Counted from the first letter of the stretch, positions 1 to 10,579 are shown. The stretch is DNA of 64,000 bases from Occultella glacieicola (GCF_004353825.1 NZ_SMNA01000008.1:124001-188000); one strand, 5' to 3'. The notes: generated by a model not told the origin, from the sequence alone. A program made the numbers and translations.

Positions 1-1109
1 TGGCCGCCGCCGACACCGACTTCGTGGCCGTCGCCGGCGCGCACGGCAAGACCACGACGTCCTCGATGCTGGCGGTCGCGCTGCGCGAGGCCGGGCTCGA
101 CCCCTCGTTCGCGATCGGGGGCCGGGTGCTGGCGCTCGGCACCGGCGCGCACCTGGGCACCGGCACCGTGTTCGTGGCGGAGGCCGACGAGTCCGACGGC
201 TCCTTCCTGAACTACACCCCGCGCGTGGCCGTCGTCACGAACATCGAACCGGACCACCTCGACCACTACGGCACCGCCGACGCCTTCGAGGCCGCGTTCG
301 ACGACTTCGCCGCCCGGGTCCGGCCCGGTGGTGCGGTGGTCGCCTGCGCGGACGACGACGGGGCGCGTCGGTTCACCGAGCGGGCCCGCTCGCGCGGCGC
401 CCGTGTCATCACCTACGGGCTCGCCGACGACGCCGACGTGCGGATCACGGGAGTCGACCTGGGCGCCGGGTCGTCCTCCTCCCGGCTGCGCGCCGCCGCG
501 GGCGAGTTCGAGCTCGACCTGGCCGTTCCCGGTGCGCACAACGTTGCGAACGCGACCGCCGCCTGGGCAGCCGGGGTGGAGCTCGGTGTCGACCCGGCGA
601 CCATGGCGAACTCCCTCGGTACGTTCAGCGGCACGGCGCGCCGCTTCGAGGACAAGGGCACCGCGGCCGGCGTCCGGGTGGTCGACGACTACGCCCACAA
701 CCCCACCAAGGTGGCGGCCGCCGTCGCGACCGGCCGCCGGGCCGTCGGTGCCGGCCGGCTGCTTGTGCTGTTCCAGCCGCACCTGTTCTCGCGCACCGAG
801 GCGTTCGCGGCCGAGTTCGCCGACGCCCTCGCCGGTGCCGACGAGGTGGTCCTGACCTTGATCTACCCGGCCCGGGAGGATCCCAGGCCCGGCGTCACCT
901 CCGCACTGATCGCCGACCGGCTGCCGGGGGCGCGGTACCTGCCCGACCACCTCGAGGCCGCCCACGCCGTCGCCGCCGCCGCACGGCCCGGCGACCTCGT
1001 GATCACCGTCGGAGCCGGCGATGTGACCCGGCTGGGCCCGGTGATCCTCGCCGACCTGGCCGCGCGGGAGGACCGGCCCTCGGGGCTCGCACCGGAGCCG
1101 GGCCGATGA
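1..1109 (+). CDS. murC: UDP-N-acetylmuramate--L-alanine ligase (5' truncated by window)
   Basis: GAHGKTTTSSM, EADESDGSF, NIEPDHLDHY, DDYAHNP motifs; upstream of ftsQ-ftsZ. Confidence 0.95.
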   Translation, partial: AAADTDFVAVAGAHGKTTTSSMLAVALREAGLDPSFAIGGRVLALGTGAHLGTGTVFVAEADESDGSFLNYTPRVAVVTNIEPDHLDHYGTADAFEAAFDDFAARVRPGGAVVACADDDGARRFTERARSRGARVITYGLADDADVRITGVDLGAGSSSSRLRAAAGEFELDLAVPGAHNVANATAAWAAGVELGVDPATMANSLGTFSGTARRFEDKGTAAGVRVVDDYAHNPTKVAAAVATGRRAVGAGRLLVLFQPHLFSRTEAFAAEFADALAGADEVVLTLIYPAREDPRPGVTSALIADRLPGARYLPDHLEAAHAVAAAARPGDLVITVGAGDVTRLGPVILADLAAREDRPSGLAPEPGR

Positions 1110-2083
1110 GGGCGCCGGCCAAGCCGCGCCAGACGAGGCCCACCACCGTCGCCAGGGCCGCGCCGCCGGCCACGCCGGCGGCGACGCGACCGGCCACCAA
1201 GACCACGGCGGGAGCAGCCAAGAAGACCGGGGGCGCCGCCAAGAAGACCACGGAGTCCGCCGCTACGCCGAAGGGGCCGAAGGGGCCGCCGACCACGCTC
1301 GTGAAGCCGACCTCCGCCGTCGGCCGGGGTGCCTCGACGGTGAGCCGGGTCAGCGGCCAACTGGCCGAACGGGTGGCCGAGCGCCGCTCGGCCCGGCGCC
1401 GGCTGCGGTGGCGCACCCTGGCCTGGATCGGTGCCGGCATCCTGGTCGTCGCGGCCCTGAGCTGGCTGGTCCTGTACTCCCCGGTGCTCGCCCTCGAGGA
1501 GGACGAGGTCACGATCAGCGGGACCACCCAGATCGTGACCGACGCCCAGGTCCGGGAGGTCGTCACGGCGCAGGCCGGCGTGCCCCTGGCCCGCCTCGAC
1601 ACGGCCGGCATGGCGGGCGGGATCGAGGCGTTGACCGGTGTGCGGGACGTGCAGATCAGCCGGGTCTGGCCCTCCGGCATCGAGGTGGTGGTCGAGCCAC
1701 GGGTGCCGGTCGCGAGCGTTGCCGCCGAGTCCGGCGGGTTCGTGCTCCTGGATGCCGAGGGCGTGCAGCTGGCGCAGACCGAGGCACCGACCGAGGCGCT
1801 GCCGGTGATCACCGTGCCACTCGGCCAGGACAACACCGCGGCTTCCCTGCAGGCCGTCCTGACCGTGCTCTCGGAACTGCCACCCGAACTGCTCGCCGAG
1901 GTCGCCGACGCGGGCGCGCAGACCCCGAACCAGGTCCGCTTCACCCTCACCGACGGTGCCGAGGTGATCTGGGGGAGCGCGACCGACGGGGAACTGAAGG
2001 TGAGGGTGCTGGCCACGTTGCGCGGCATCCCCGCCGCTGTCTACGACCTGTCCTCGCCGCTGACCCCGATCACCAGGGAATGA
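1106..2083 (+). CDS. ftsQ: cell division protein FtsQ/DivIB
   Basis: single TM helix followed by POTRA-like region (VQISRVWPSGIEV); position between murC and ftsZ. Confidence 0.9.
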   Translation: MRAPAKPRQTRPTTVARAAPPATPAATRPATKTTAGAAKKTGGAAKKTTESAATPKGPKGPPTTLVKPTSAVGRGASTVSRVSGQLAERVAERRSARRRLRWRTLAWIGAGILVVAALSWLVLYSPVLALEEDEVTISGTTQIVTDAQVREVVTAQAGVPLARLDTAGMAGGIEALTGVRDVQISRVWPSGIEVVVEPRVPVASVAAESGGFVLLDAEGVQLAQTEAPTEALPVITVPLGQDNTAASLQAVLTVLSELPPELLAEVADAGAQTPNQVRFTLTDGAEVIWGSATDGELKVRVLATLRGIPAAVYDLSSPLTPITRE

Positions 2084-2115
2084 GCCCGGGACCCGTGGAT
2101 CGAAACCCGCGGCGC

Positions 2116-2216
2116 GACACGCCCGCGTGGTGATTGCCGATCGAGGCAGCGACACCTAGCGTCATGGACATCGAGAAAATGACATAACTCTCAACCTCAG
2201 GTTGAGGTTGAGAGTT
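2116..2216 (+). promoter_or_regulatory. ftsZ promoter region: GACAC boxes, TAGCGT -10 and a 14-bp-arm inverted repeat
   Basis: GACAC at 2116 and 2151, TAGCGT at 2157-2162, AACTCTCAACCTCA-ggt-TGAGGTTGAGAGTT at 2186-2216. Confidence 0.55.
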
Positions 2217-2324
2217 GAGGGTCCCAGGGGTCGTCCCCGGGTGACCCACGAGTGGGAAGCACGATCGGCCGAGGCCGTGACTGAGGGCCCAGTACCGAGC
2301 GACTGGCGAACGAGAGGGACTGAC

Positions 2325-3578
2325 GTGGCGGCACCGCAGAACTATCTGGCGGTCATCAAGGTGGTGGGGATCGGCGGTGGCGGCGTGAACGCCGTCAACC
2401 GCATGATCGAGGTCGGGTTGAAGGGCGTGGAGTTCATCGCCGTCAACACCGACGCCCAGGCCCTGTTGATGAGCGACGCCGACGTGAAACTCGACGTCGG
2501 CAGGGAACTGACCCGGGGTCTCGGCGCCGGCGCCGACCCGGAGGTCGGCAAGAAGGCGGCCGAGGACCACGCCGAGGAGATCGAGGAGGTCCTGCGCGGG
2601 GCGGACATGGTCTTCGTCACCGCGGGCGAGGGTGGCGGCACCGGCACCGGCGGCGCGCCGGTGGTGGCGAAGATCGCGCGCTCCCTCGGGGCTCTGACGA
2701 TCGGCGTGGTCACTCGCCCGTTCACGTTCGAGGGTCGCCGACGCGGCGTCCAGGCCGACTCCGGCATCGACGCCCTGCGTGCCGAGGTGGACACCCTGAT
2801 CGTGATCCCGAACGACCGGCTGCTGTCGATCAGCGACCGGAACGTGTCCGTGCTGGACGCGTTCAAGTCCGCCGACCAGGTGCTCCTGTCCGGTGTTCAG
2901 GGCATCACGGACCTGATCACCACGCCCGGCCTCATCAACCTGGACTTCGCCGACGTGAAGTCGGTGATGCAGGGCGCCGGCAGCGCGCTGATGGGGATCG
3001 GGTCCGCACGCGGGGAGGACCGCGCGGTGCAGGCGTCCGAGCTGGCGATCTCCTCGCCGCTGCTGGAGGCGAGCATCGACGGCGCCCACGGGGTGCTGCT
3101 GTCCATCCAGGGTGGCAGCGACCTCGGGCTGTTCGAGATCCACGAGGCGGCCCGACTGGTCCAGGAGGCCGCGCACCCGGAGGCGAACATCATCTTCGGT
3201 GCGGTCATCGACGACGCCCTCGGTGACGAGGTCCGGGTCACCGTGATCGCGGCCGGCTTCGATGCGGGCGGCCCGAAGGCGGCCAACCGCGCCGACCAGC
3301 AGCAGAACAAGCCGAAGCAGAGCGCCGCCCCGGCGGTCCAGCAGCGGACGCAGCCGCCGGCCGTCGTCGAGCCTCCCGCCGAGCGCGTCGAGGAGGTCAC
3401 GCCGGCGCCGCGCCCGGCGGCCCCTGTGCGCGAGCCGGTGCCCGTGGCCCAGGCCGCTGGGGAGCGGGGCTCGCAGAACGGCCAGCCGACCCAGGGGCTG
3501 GAGGTGCCACGGGTCTTCGACGAGCAGCCTCGCAGCCGTCGCGACGACGACCTGGACGTGCCCGATTTCCTCAAGTGA
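2325..3578 (+). CDS. ftsZ: cell division protein FtsZ
   Basis: [18 protein letters not shown] tubulin signature, C-terminal [11 protein letters not shown] start at 2325. Confidence 0.98.
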   Translation: MAAPQNYLAVIKVVGIGGGGVNAVNRMIEVGLKGVEFIAVNTDAQALLMSDADVKLDVGRELTRGLGAGADPEVGKKAAEDHAEEIEEVLRGADMVFVTAGEGGGTGTGGAPVVAKIARSLGALTIGVVTRPFTFEGRRRGVQADSGIDALRAEVDTLIVIPNDRLLSISDRNVSVLDAFKSADQVLLSGVQGITDLITTPGLINLDFADVKSVMQGAGSALMGIGSARGEDRAVQASELAISSPLLEASIDGAHGVLLSIQGGSDLGLFEIHEAARLVQEAAHPEANIIFGAVIDDALGDEVRVTVIAAGFDAGGPKAANRADQQQNKPKQSAAPAVQQRTQPPAVVEPPAERVEEVTPAPRPAAPVREPVPVAQAAGERGSQNGQPTQGLEVPRVFDEQPRSRRDDDLDVPDFLK

Positions 3579-3585
3579 GGTCCTC

Positions 3586-4293
3586 ATCGCAGACCTCGGC
3601 CCGGGCGCCGTCGGCGGCTTCACCACTCGCGCCGGCGGCGTCAGCCGCGGGGTGTACGAGTCCCTGAACCTCGGCGCCGGGGTGGCCGACGAACCCGCCG
3701 CTGTCGCGGTGAACCGCCGCCGGGTGTCCGACCGGTTCGGGCGCCCGGTGGCGTTCCTGACCCAGGTGCACTCCGACCGCGTCCACGAGGTGACCGGACC
3801 ACCGCCGGCGGGCACGGTCGCCGTGGCCGAGGCGGACGCCCTGCTGACCGCCCGCGTCGACGTGGCCCTCGGCGTGCTGGTCGCCGACTGCGTGCCGATC
3901 CTGCTCGCCGGTGACGGGCTGGTCGCGGCCGTTCACGCGGGGCGGCGGGGCCTGGTGTCGGGTGTCCTGACGCACACCCTCGCGCGGATGGCGGCCGCCG
4001 GGTCGCCGGCCGGGCGCGCGGCCATCGGGCCGTCCATCTGCGGCAGGTGCTACGAGGTTCCCGAAGCCATGCGCGCCGAGGTTGCGGCGCGGATGCCGGT
4101 GGTCGCTGCGACCACGTCCTGGGGCACGCCGGCCCTCGACCTCGCCGCCGGGGTTCGAGCCCAGCTCGCCGACGCCGGGGTGCCAGAGGTGCACCACGAG
4201 GCCCGGTGCACCCGGGAGGACCCGGACCTCTTCTCCTACCGCCGGGACGGCGTGACCGGACGGTTCGCGGGCGTGATCGCCCTCGAGGCGTGA
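3586..4293 (+). CDS. pgeF: polyphenol oxidase/peptidoglycan editing factor PgeF (YfiH); start codon uncertain
   Basis: FTTRAGGVS, SLNLG, QVHS, ADCVPILL, HAGRRG, SYRR motifs; directly after ftsZ. Confidence 0.85.
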   Translation: MADLGPGAVGGFTTRAGGVSRGVYESLNLGAGVADEPAAVAVNRRRVSDRFGRPVAFLTQVHSDRVHEVTGPPPAGTVAVAEADALLTARVDVALGVLVADCVPILLAGDGLVAAVHAGRRGLVSGVLTHTLARMAAAGSPAGRAAIGPSICGRCYEVPEAMRAEVAARMPVVAATTSWGTPALDLAAGVRAQLADAGVPEVHHEARCTREDPDLFSYRRDGVTGRFAGVIALEA

Positions 4294-4439
4294 GCGGCGG
4301 CGTGTTCGAGCCGCGGCGACACGCCGCGACCGGTGCCGGACGGCTCGGGAGGGCTGGTCTAGCGTCTGAGGCAACGACACCCACCCCACCCCGACGGGCG
4401 AGAACCACCCGCCGCCCGGCGAACACATGAGGAGCAGGC

Positions 4440-4925
4440 ATGGCCGGAGCGCTGCGCAAGACGATGATGTACCTCGGGCTCTCCGAGGCTGACCGTGAGA
4501 ACGCCTACGACGACCGGCTCGTGGACACCCACGACGTCGAGGACTCCTACGACGACTACGACGCGTACGAGCCCGTCGAGGAGACGCCCGCCCAGGAGGC
4601 CCAGGTGACACCGATCACACGCGCGGCGTCGCACACCGGCGCGAACCTGCGCCGCATCACCACCGTGCACCCGCGTACCTACAACGACGCGAAGGTGATC
4701 GGTGAGGCCTTCCGGTCCGGCACCCCGGTGATCATGAACCTCACCGACATGACCGACGCCGAGGCCAAGCGTCTCGTCGACTTCTCCGCCGGTCTCGTGT
4801 TCGGGCTACGGGGCGCCATCGAGCGCGTGACGAACCGGGTGTTCCTGCTCTCGCCCGCCACGGTGGAGGTGGCGACCGAGTCGCACGAGCCCGACACCAA
4901 GGCCCGGTTCTTCAACCAGAGCTGA
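4440..4925 (+). CDS. sepF: cell division protein SepF
   Basis: [36 protein letters not shown] end. Confidence 0.95.
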   Translation: MAGALRKTMMYLGLSEADRENAYDDRLVDTHDVEDSYDDYDAYEPVEETPAQEAQVTPITRAASHTGANLRRITTVHPRTYNDAKVIGEAFRSGTPVIMNLTDMTDAEAKRLVDFSAGLVFGLRGAIERVTNRVFLLSPATVEVATESHEPDTKARFFNQS

Positions 4926-4927
4926 CC

Positions 4928-5221
4928 GTGGCGTGGGTCGTCGGGGTCATCTATCTGGTCCTCCTGCTGTTCCTGATCCTCCTGCTGGTCCGGGTGGTGC
5001 TGGACTGGGTGATCCAGTTCGCCCGGGAGTGGAAGCCTTCCGGCGTGATGCTGGTGGTCGCCGAGGTGGTGTACACCGTCACCGACCCACCGCTGAAGAC
5101 GCTCCGTCGGCTGATCCCGCCGCTGCGCCTGGGTGGCTTCTCCCTCGATCTCGCGTTCCTCGTGCTGATCATCGTGGTCTCCGTGCTGATGGCCATCCTG
5201 CGACCGCTGACACCTGCATGA
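4928..5221 (+). CDS. YggT family membrane protein
   Basis: YTVTDPPLK.LRRLIPPLRLG..LDL motif; after sepF. Confidence 0.9.
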   Translation: MAWVVGVIYLVLLLFLILLLVRVVLDWVIQFAREWKPSGVMLVVAEVVYTVTDPPLKTLRRLIPPLRLGGFSLDLAFLVLIIVVSVLMAILRPLTPA

Positions 5222-5309
5222 GGTGCAAGTACCGAGAAGTCCGCTACCGTGAACCTGCGTCAGTGACACACTGTCGCTGATCCGAACGACCTAGACCGAG
5301 GTGACGACT

Positions 5310-5999
5310 ATGGCGCTGCTGACGGCAGACGACGTCCTCAACAAGAAGTTCCAGCCGACCAAGTTCCGTGAGGGCTACGACCAGGACGAGGTCGACGACT
5401 TCCTCGACGAGATCGTGAACACCCTGCGGGTGGTCGGCGGCGAGAACGAGGAGCTCAAGGCCAAGCTCGAGGCGGCGGAGCGTCGCGTCTCCGAGTTGTC
5501 CGGATTCGCCGGCGGTGGCGAGGCAGCCGCCGCCTCCGTCGAGGACACGACGCAGTTCGCCGCGGTCGGCGACCAGCCCGAGGCCGAGGCGGCCCCCGAG
5601 GCCGAGGAGGCACCGGCCCCCGCAGCCGCGGCCGCCTTCACCCCGCCGTCCGCCGGGACCGAGCCCGAGTCCGCGACCGGCATGCTCCAATTGGCCCAGC
5701 GGGTCCACGACGAGTACGTCAGCAACGGCAAGGCCGAGGCCGACCGGATCGTCTCCGACGCCACGGCCGAGGGCGAGCGCCTCACCCGCGAGGCCGACGA
5801 GCAGCGGGCCCGCACCCTCAACCAGCTCGAGGGTGAGCGTTCCCTGCTCGAGCGCAAGATCGACGAGCTGCGGGTGTTCGAGCGGGACTACCGCACGCGC
5901 CTGAAGAGCTACCTGGAGGGCCTGCTCTCCGACGTCGAGGGTCGCGGCAACGTGTCCTCGTCGTACTCGGACCAGGCCGGCGAGTCGCGCCGCCCGTAG
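5310..5999 (+). CDS. divIVA: DivIVA/Wag31 domain protein
   Basis: LTADDVLNKKF...GYDQDEVDDFLD; coiled coil with FERDYRTRLKSYLE. Confidence 0.95.
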   Translation: MALLTADDVLNKKFQPTKFREGYDQDEVDDFLDEIVNTLRVVGGENEELKAKLEAAERRVSELSGFAGGGEAAAASVEDTTQFAAVGDQPEAEAAPEAEEAPAPAAAAAFTPPSAGTEPESATGMLQLAQRVHDEYVSNGKAEADRIVSDATAEGERLTREADEQRARTLNQLEGERSLLERKIDELRVFERDYRTRLKSYLEGLLSDVEGRGNVSSSYSDQAGESRRP

Positions 6000-6023
6000 G
6001 TCGTAGCGCACCATAGTTCCACC

Positions 6024-6062
6024 ACGGCGGCGGGCCTCCGACCAGGGGGCCCGCCGCCGTTC
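6024..6062 (+). terminator. GC-rich hairpin after divIVA
   Basis: ACGGCGGCGGGCCTCC-gacca-GGGGGCCCGCCGCCGT followed by TT. Confidence 0.65.
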
Positions 6063-6085
6063 CTGAGCCGGAGAGGGCAGCACCC

Positions 6086-6832
6086 ATGGACCGTTCGACG
6101 GAGCCGACCCCGTCGGACGCCGAGCAGACGCACCGCTCGACCGACTCCTCGGCCGGTGGCCGCCACCAGGCCACCGCGCCGGCCCGGCGCCGGCGCCTGC
6201 TCGCGCTGTTGGTCGGGCTCACGGTGGTGGTGCTGGTCGTGGATCAGGCGACCAAGTACCTCGCGGTGACCCGGCTGGAGCCGGGTGAGTACGTCCCGGT
6301 CATCGGGGACTTCCTCGGGCTGAGCCTCGTGTTCAACTCCGGGGCTGCCTTCTCGTTCGCGGAGGGTTCCACCTGGATCTTCACGATCGCGGCGACCGTG
6401 GTCACCACCGTCATCATCGTGGTGGCCCGACGGCTCGGGTCGCTCGCGTGGGCGATCGCCCTCGGCGCTCTGCTCGGGGGTAACCTCGGCAACCTCGCGG
6501 ACCGGCTGTTCCGCGAGCCCGGGTTCGGCAAGGGCCACGTGGTCGACATGATCAACTACAACAACTGGTTCGTCGGCAACGTCGCGGACATCGCGATCGT
6601 GCTCTCCGCGATCGGGATCGCGGTCCTCACCTTCCGCGGCCTCGGCGTGGACGGTCGCCGCCTGGCTCCGGCCGGCCCCGACGCGGAGGCGACCACCGAC
6701 GACGAGGCGAGTTCCGCCGTCGAGCCGGAGGGGACCGGACCCGATCGGGACCCGACCACCGACGAGGAGGCGAGCACCGCCGTCGAGCCCGGTGACGGCG
6801 CGACGACCGCCGACGGCTCCGACCGTGGCTGA
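6086..6832 (+). CDS. lspA: signal peptidase II
   Basis: DQATK, NSGAAFS, GNLADR, VVDMI, NVADIAI motifs. Confidence 0.95.
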   Translation: MDRSTEPTPSDAEQTHRSTDSSAGGRHQATAPARRRRLLALLVGLTVVVLVVDQATKYLAVTRLEPGEYVPVIGDFLGLSLVFNSGAAFSFAEGSTWIFTIAATVVTTVIIVVARRLGSLAWAIALGALLGGNLGNLADRLFREPGFGKGHVVDMINYNNWFVGNVADIAIVLSAIGIAVLTFRGLGVDGRRLAPAGPDAEATTDDEASSAVEPEGTGPDRDPTTDEEASTAVEPGDGATTADGSDRG

Positions 6833-7751
6833 CACCCGCGCGATGCCTGTCCCGGACGGGCTCGCCGGCGAACGCGTCGACACCGCGCTGGCCCGGCTGC
6901 TCGGTCTGAGCCGTACCCGCGCGGCCGAGCTCGCCGCGAACGGCGACGTGCTCCTGGACGGGCGCCCGCTCGGCAAGTCCGACCGGCTCACCGCGGGCGG
7001 CTGGCTCGAGGTGACCCTCGCGGACCTCGCGCCGACGCCGGCTGCGCCACCGGAGCCGGTGCCCGGCATGGCCATCCGGTTCGACGATGAGGACGTCGTG
7101 GTCGTGGACAAGCCGGTCGGAGTCGCCGCGCACCCGAGCCCGGGCTGGACCGGGCCGACGGTCGTCGGTGGACTGGCCGCGGCGGGGTACCGGATCTCCA
7201 CCTCCGGCGCACCGGAGCGGCAGGGCGTGGTACACCGACTCGACGTCGGCACCTCCGGCCTGATGGTCGTGGCCAAGAGCGAGCGCGCGTACACCGTGCT
7301 CAAGCGTGCGTTCAAGGAGCGCACCGTCGAGAAGGTCTACCACGCCGTGGTCCAGGGGCATCCGGATCCGTCGACCGGCACGATCGATGCCCCGATCGGG
7401 CGGCACCCCACCCTCGACTACAAGTGGGCCGTGGTCGCCGACGGCAAGGACAGCGTCACCCACTACGAGACGCTCGAGGCGATGCGGCGGGCGTCCCTGC
7501 TCCAGATCCGGCTGGAGACCGGCCGGACCCACCAGATCCGGGTGCACATGAGTGCCGTGCACCACCCGTGCGTGGGTGACCTGACCTACGGAGCGGACCC
7601 GAGCATCGCCACGGAACTGGGCCTCACCCGGCAGTGGCTGCACGCGATGCGGCTCGGCTTCCACCATCCCGGCACGGGGGAGTGGCTCGAGGTCACGAGT
7701 TCCTACCCGGAGGACCTCGCCCTCGCCCTGGAGAGGCTGCAGGCGCCGTGA
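6825..7751 (+). CDS. RluA family pseudouridine synthase
   Basis: [25 protein letters not shown]-terminal S4-like region. Confidence 0.95.
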   Translation: MADTRAMPVPDGLAGERVDTALARLLGLSRTRAAELAANGDVLLDGRPLGKSDRLTAGGWLEVTLADLAPTPAAPPEPVPGMAIRFDDEDVVVVDKPVGVAAHPSPGWTGPTVVGGLAAAGYRISTSGAPERQGVVHRLDVGTSGLMVVAKSERAYTVLKRAFKERTVEKVYHAVVQGHPDPSTGTIDAPIGRHPTLDYKWAVVADGKDSVTHYETLEAMRRASLLQIRLETGRTHQIRVHMSAVHHPCVGDLTYGADPSIATELGLTRQWLHAMRLGFHHPGTGEWLEVTSSYPEDLALALERLQAP

Positions 7752-8236
7752 GGGTGGTCCGGATCGACCCGGCGGACCCCGCGGCACTGGCCCGGGTGCA
7801 CGCGATCCGGTTCGAGGTGTTCGTCGGCGAACAGGGTGTGCGCGCCGACGAGGAACTCGACGACCTGGACGCCCGGCCGGGCACCTCGCACGTGCTCGTC
7901 ACCGACGACCCCGACGACGCCACCGGGGCCGCCGACCTCGGCACCGCACGGCTGCTCGCCGACCCGGCGCACCCGGGCACCGTGCACGTCACCCGGGTCG
8001 CGGTGCGGGGCCGGGCCCGACGGCGGGGCGTGGGCGGGGTGCTGATGGTCGCCCTCGAGGAGATCGCGCTGGCCGAGCACGCGGCGGGGGAACCGGCGAC
8101 GGTACGGGTCGAGCTGTCCGCACAGGAGGGCGCGCTGCCGTTCTACGCGGCCCTCGGCTACGCGATCGGCACCGACCGCTACCTCGACGCCCGGATCTGG
8201 CACCGCGACGCCGTGAAGGTGCTCACGGCGCGCTGA
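7748..8236 (+). CDS. GNAT family acetyltransferase (ElaA/YjcF-like)
   Basis: [16 protein letters not shown]...RRRGVG, AQ..ALPFY; GTGA overlap with upstream stop. Confidence 0.85.
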   Translation: MRVVRIDPADPAALARVHAIRFEVFVGEQGVRADEELDDLDARPGTSHVLVTDDPDDATGAADLGTARLLADPAHPGTVHVTRVAVRGRARRRGVGGVLMVALEEIALAEHAAGEPATVRVELSAQEGALPFYAALGYAIGTDRYLDARIWHRDAVKVLTAR

Positions 8237-8332
8237 CGTCCGGCACTCCGCCCGGCGAGCAGGTCCAGGCGAGCGAGTCGGGCACGGGCGGCTCGGTCGG
8301 CGTGAAGCGGCTCGGTCGGCCGGACGCGACAC

Positions 8333-8794
8333 TCAGCCGACGTCGTCCCAGCGCCGCGGGCCGGCTCCGGTCTCGCCGAGGGTGTCCGACGGGTTCTGCA
8401 GCGTGCAGGTGCGCAGGCTCAGGCAACCGCAGCCGATGCAGCCGGTCAGGTCGTCGCGCAGGTGCTCCAGCGCCGCGATCCGCTCGTCGAGTTCGGTGCG
8501 CCAGATCCGGGACAGCCGGGCCCAGTCCGCCTTCGTCGGGGTGCGGCCCGAGGGTAACGACTCCAGCGCCTCCCGGATCCTGGCCAGCGGGATCCCGACC
8601 CGTTGGGAGACCCGGATGAACGCGACCCGGCGCAGCGTGTCCCGCCGGTAGCGGCGCTGGTTCCCGGGCGTGCGCTCGGCGCCGATCAGCCCCTGCCGCT
8701 CGTAGAAGTGCAACGCCGACGGCGCCACCCCGCTGCGCGCGGAGAGTTCGCCCACGGTCAGCACGTGCGTCTTCCCACCCTCGATCCGGGGCAT
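8333..8794 (-). CDS. soxR: redox-sensitive transcriptional activator SoxR
   Basis: MerR HTH (LTVGELSARSGVAPSALHFYE) plus CIGCGCLSLRTC [2Fe-2S] motif. Confidence 0.95.
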   Translation of the reverse strand: MPRIEGGKTHVLTVGELSARSGVAPSALHFYERQGLIGAERTPGNQRRYRRDTLRRVAFIRVSQRVGIPLARIREALESLPSGRTPTKADWARLSRIWRTELDERIAALEHLRDDLTGCIGCGCLSLRTCTLQNPSDTLGETGAGPRRWDDVG

Positions 8795-8807
8795 CGTCGA
8801 AACCTCC

Positions 8808-8838
8808 TTGACCTCAACCACTGTTGAGACTCTAGCCT
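8808..8838 (+). promoter_or_regulatory. SoxR box within a 19-bp-spacer promoter of the MFS gene
   Basis: TTGACC-19 bp-TAGCCT containing CTCAAC-cact-GTTGAG; ATG 8 nt after -10 (leaderless). Confidence 0.85.
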
Positions 8839-8845
8839 GCTCGTC

Positions 8846-10318
8846 ATGACCCCATCCGTGGCCGCGGAGCCACCCCTGACCGTGCTCGGCCCGCGGCTGC
8901 GCTGGATCAGCATCGGCATGTGCGCCCTCGTGTTCCTGGCCGCGTTCGAGTCCCTCGCGGTGACCACGGTGATGCCTGGCATCAGCGCCGCTCTGGACGG
9001 AGCCTCGCTGTACGCGCTGGCGTTCTCGGGCCCGCTTGCGGTCGGCATCATCGGGATGGTGGTCGCGGGCCAGTGGTCGGACCGGACCGGGCCGCGGAGT
9101 CCGCTGCTGGCCTCCCTCGCCCTGTTCGTGGTCGGGCTCGCCATCGCCGGGCTCGCCGGCTCGATGGAGATCCTGGTCGCCGGGCGGCTCCTGCACGGAC
9201 TCGGTGGCGGGGCGATCACGGTGGCCCTGTACGTGATGGTCGCCCGGATCTACCCGGCCGACCTGCACCCGCGGATCTTCGCGGGCTTCGCCGCCGCCTG
9301 GGTGGTGCCCTCCCTGGTGGGACCGTTCCTGGGTGGGCTGGTCGCCGAGCATCTCGGCTGGACCTGGGTGTTCCACGGCGTGATCCTGCTCGTCGTCCCG
9401 GCGGTCCTCATGCTGCGACCTGCGCTGCGCCGGCTCGCCGCGGACACCCCGAGTGCCCGGGCGCCCTGGCGCCCGGCCACCGTCGGCTGGGCGGTGCTGG
9501 CCGCGGCCGGGGTGCTCGCTGTCGACATCGCCTCCGCCACCGGGACCACCGGGGGCCGGGTTGGGGCCGCCGCCGCGTTCATCGTGGTGCTCCTTGCGCT
9601 GCGTCCGCTGCTGCCGACCGGTGCCCTGCGGGCCAGGCGCGGTCTCCCGGCCGTCATCACGCTGCGCGGCGTGCTGTCCGGGGCGTTCCTGGGCGCGGAG
9701 GTCTACCTGCCCTACCTGCTCACCGACGTCCACCACGTGAGCCCGGTACTGGCGGGCTTCGCCCTGACGTTCGGTGGGCTCGCGTGGGCGCTGGCGTCCC
9801 AGATCCACGGGCGGGTCGCGGCCCGGGTCAGCGACCGGGGCGTGCTGCGCCTGGGCACCAGCCTGGTGCTGTTCGCGATCGCCGCCTCGATGCTGACCAG
9901 TCTGCTCGCGGCCCCACCGCTGGCCACGGTGATCGTGTGGACCTTCGCGGGCGCCGGCATGGGGCTGGCCTACCCGCGGATCTCCACGATGGTCCTCGCG
10001 ATGTCCACGGACACCGACCGCGGGTTCAACAGTTCGGCGGCGACCATCGCCGACTCCATCGGCGGTGCCGTGGCCCTGGCCGGGACGGGCGTCGTGTTCG
10101 GCACCCTCACCGGCGGCCCGACGGCGAACGCCCCGTTCACCGGGGTGTTCGCCCTGGCCACGCTGTTCGCCGTGGGCGCCGCGCTCCTGGTGCGCCGGGC
10201 GGCCGCCTCACGCCGGGCCGGCTCCGAGACGCGCGCCGCACCGGCCGCCGGTCCTGAGGCGCCCACCGCCGGTCCCGAGGCGCCCACCGACCCGGACGAG
10301 GTCACGGTCGCGGCCTGA
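8846..10318 (+). CDS. MFS efflux transporter
   Basis: about 14 hydrophobic segments, GQWSDRTGPR motif A variant; divergent from soxR. Confidence 0.9.
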   Translation: MTPSVAAEPPLTVLGPRLRWISIGMCALVFLAAFESLAVTTVMPGISAALDGASLYALAFSGPLAVGIIGMVVAGQWSDRTGPRSPLLASLALFVVGLAIAGLAGSMEILVAGRLLHGLGGGAITVALYVMVARIYPADLHPRIFAGFAAAWVVPSLVGPFLGGLVAEHLGWTWVFHGVILLVVPAVLMLRPALRRLAADTPSARAPWRPATVGWAVLAAAGVLAVDIASATGTTGGRVGAAAAFIVVLLALRPLLPTGALRARRGLPAVITLRGVLSGAFLGAEVYLPYLLTDVHHVSPVLAGFALTFGGLAWALASQIHGRVAARVSDRGVLRLGTSLVLFAIAASMLTSLLAAPPLATVIVWTFAGAGMGLAYPRISTMVLAMSTDTDRGFNSSAATIADSIGGAVALAGTGVVFGTLTGGPTANAPFTGVFALATLFAVGAALLVRRAAASRRAGSETRAAPAAGPEAPTAGPEAPTDPDEVTVAA

Positions 10319-10366
10319 CCGCGAGTGCGAAGTTGCCGACCTCGTCCACCAGAACGGAGCGCGCGC

Positions 10367-10579
10367 CTACAGGTGGCCCGTCTCGGGGTCGATCTGCGCG
10401 AGGAATCCTCGGATCTCGGCCTCGAGGAACCGGGCATCGAGGTCGGCGCCGGTGTTGCTGCCGATGCTGAAGCCGTACCCGGGGTTCGGCCCGGTCAGCC
10501 AGGTGAGGTGATAGGTGCCGGCCCAGCGGCGCACCTCGAACCGCTCGCCGTCGACCGTGACGGTCTCGACCATGGACAT
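10367..10579 (-). CDS. small hypothetical protein (70 aa)
   Basis: GGAGG RBS, high-GC3 codon use, protein-like composition, fills intergenic gap. Confidence 0.7.
   Translation of the reverse strand: MSMVETVTVDGERFEVRRWAGTYHLTWLTGPNPGYGFSIGSNTGADLDARFLEAEIRGFLAQIDPETGHL

Noticed and set aside
4294..4439. yggS between pgeF and sepF
   Set aside because: Gap is only about 145 bp with promoter elements and no remnant; simple absence
6690..6790. 63-bp duplication in the lspA tail; similar short repeats in ftsQ N-terminus, hisB N-terminus and MFS tail (10245-10290)
   Set aside because: In-frame duplications in disordered termini; ordinary
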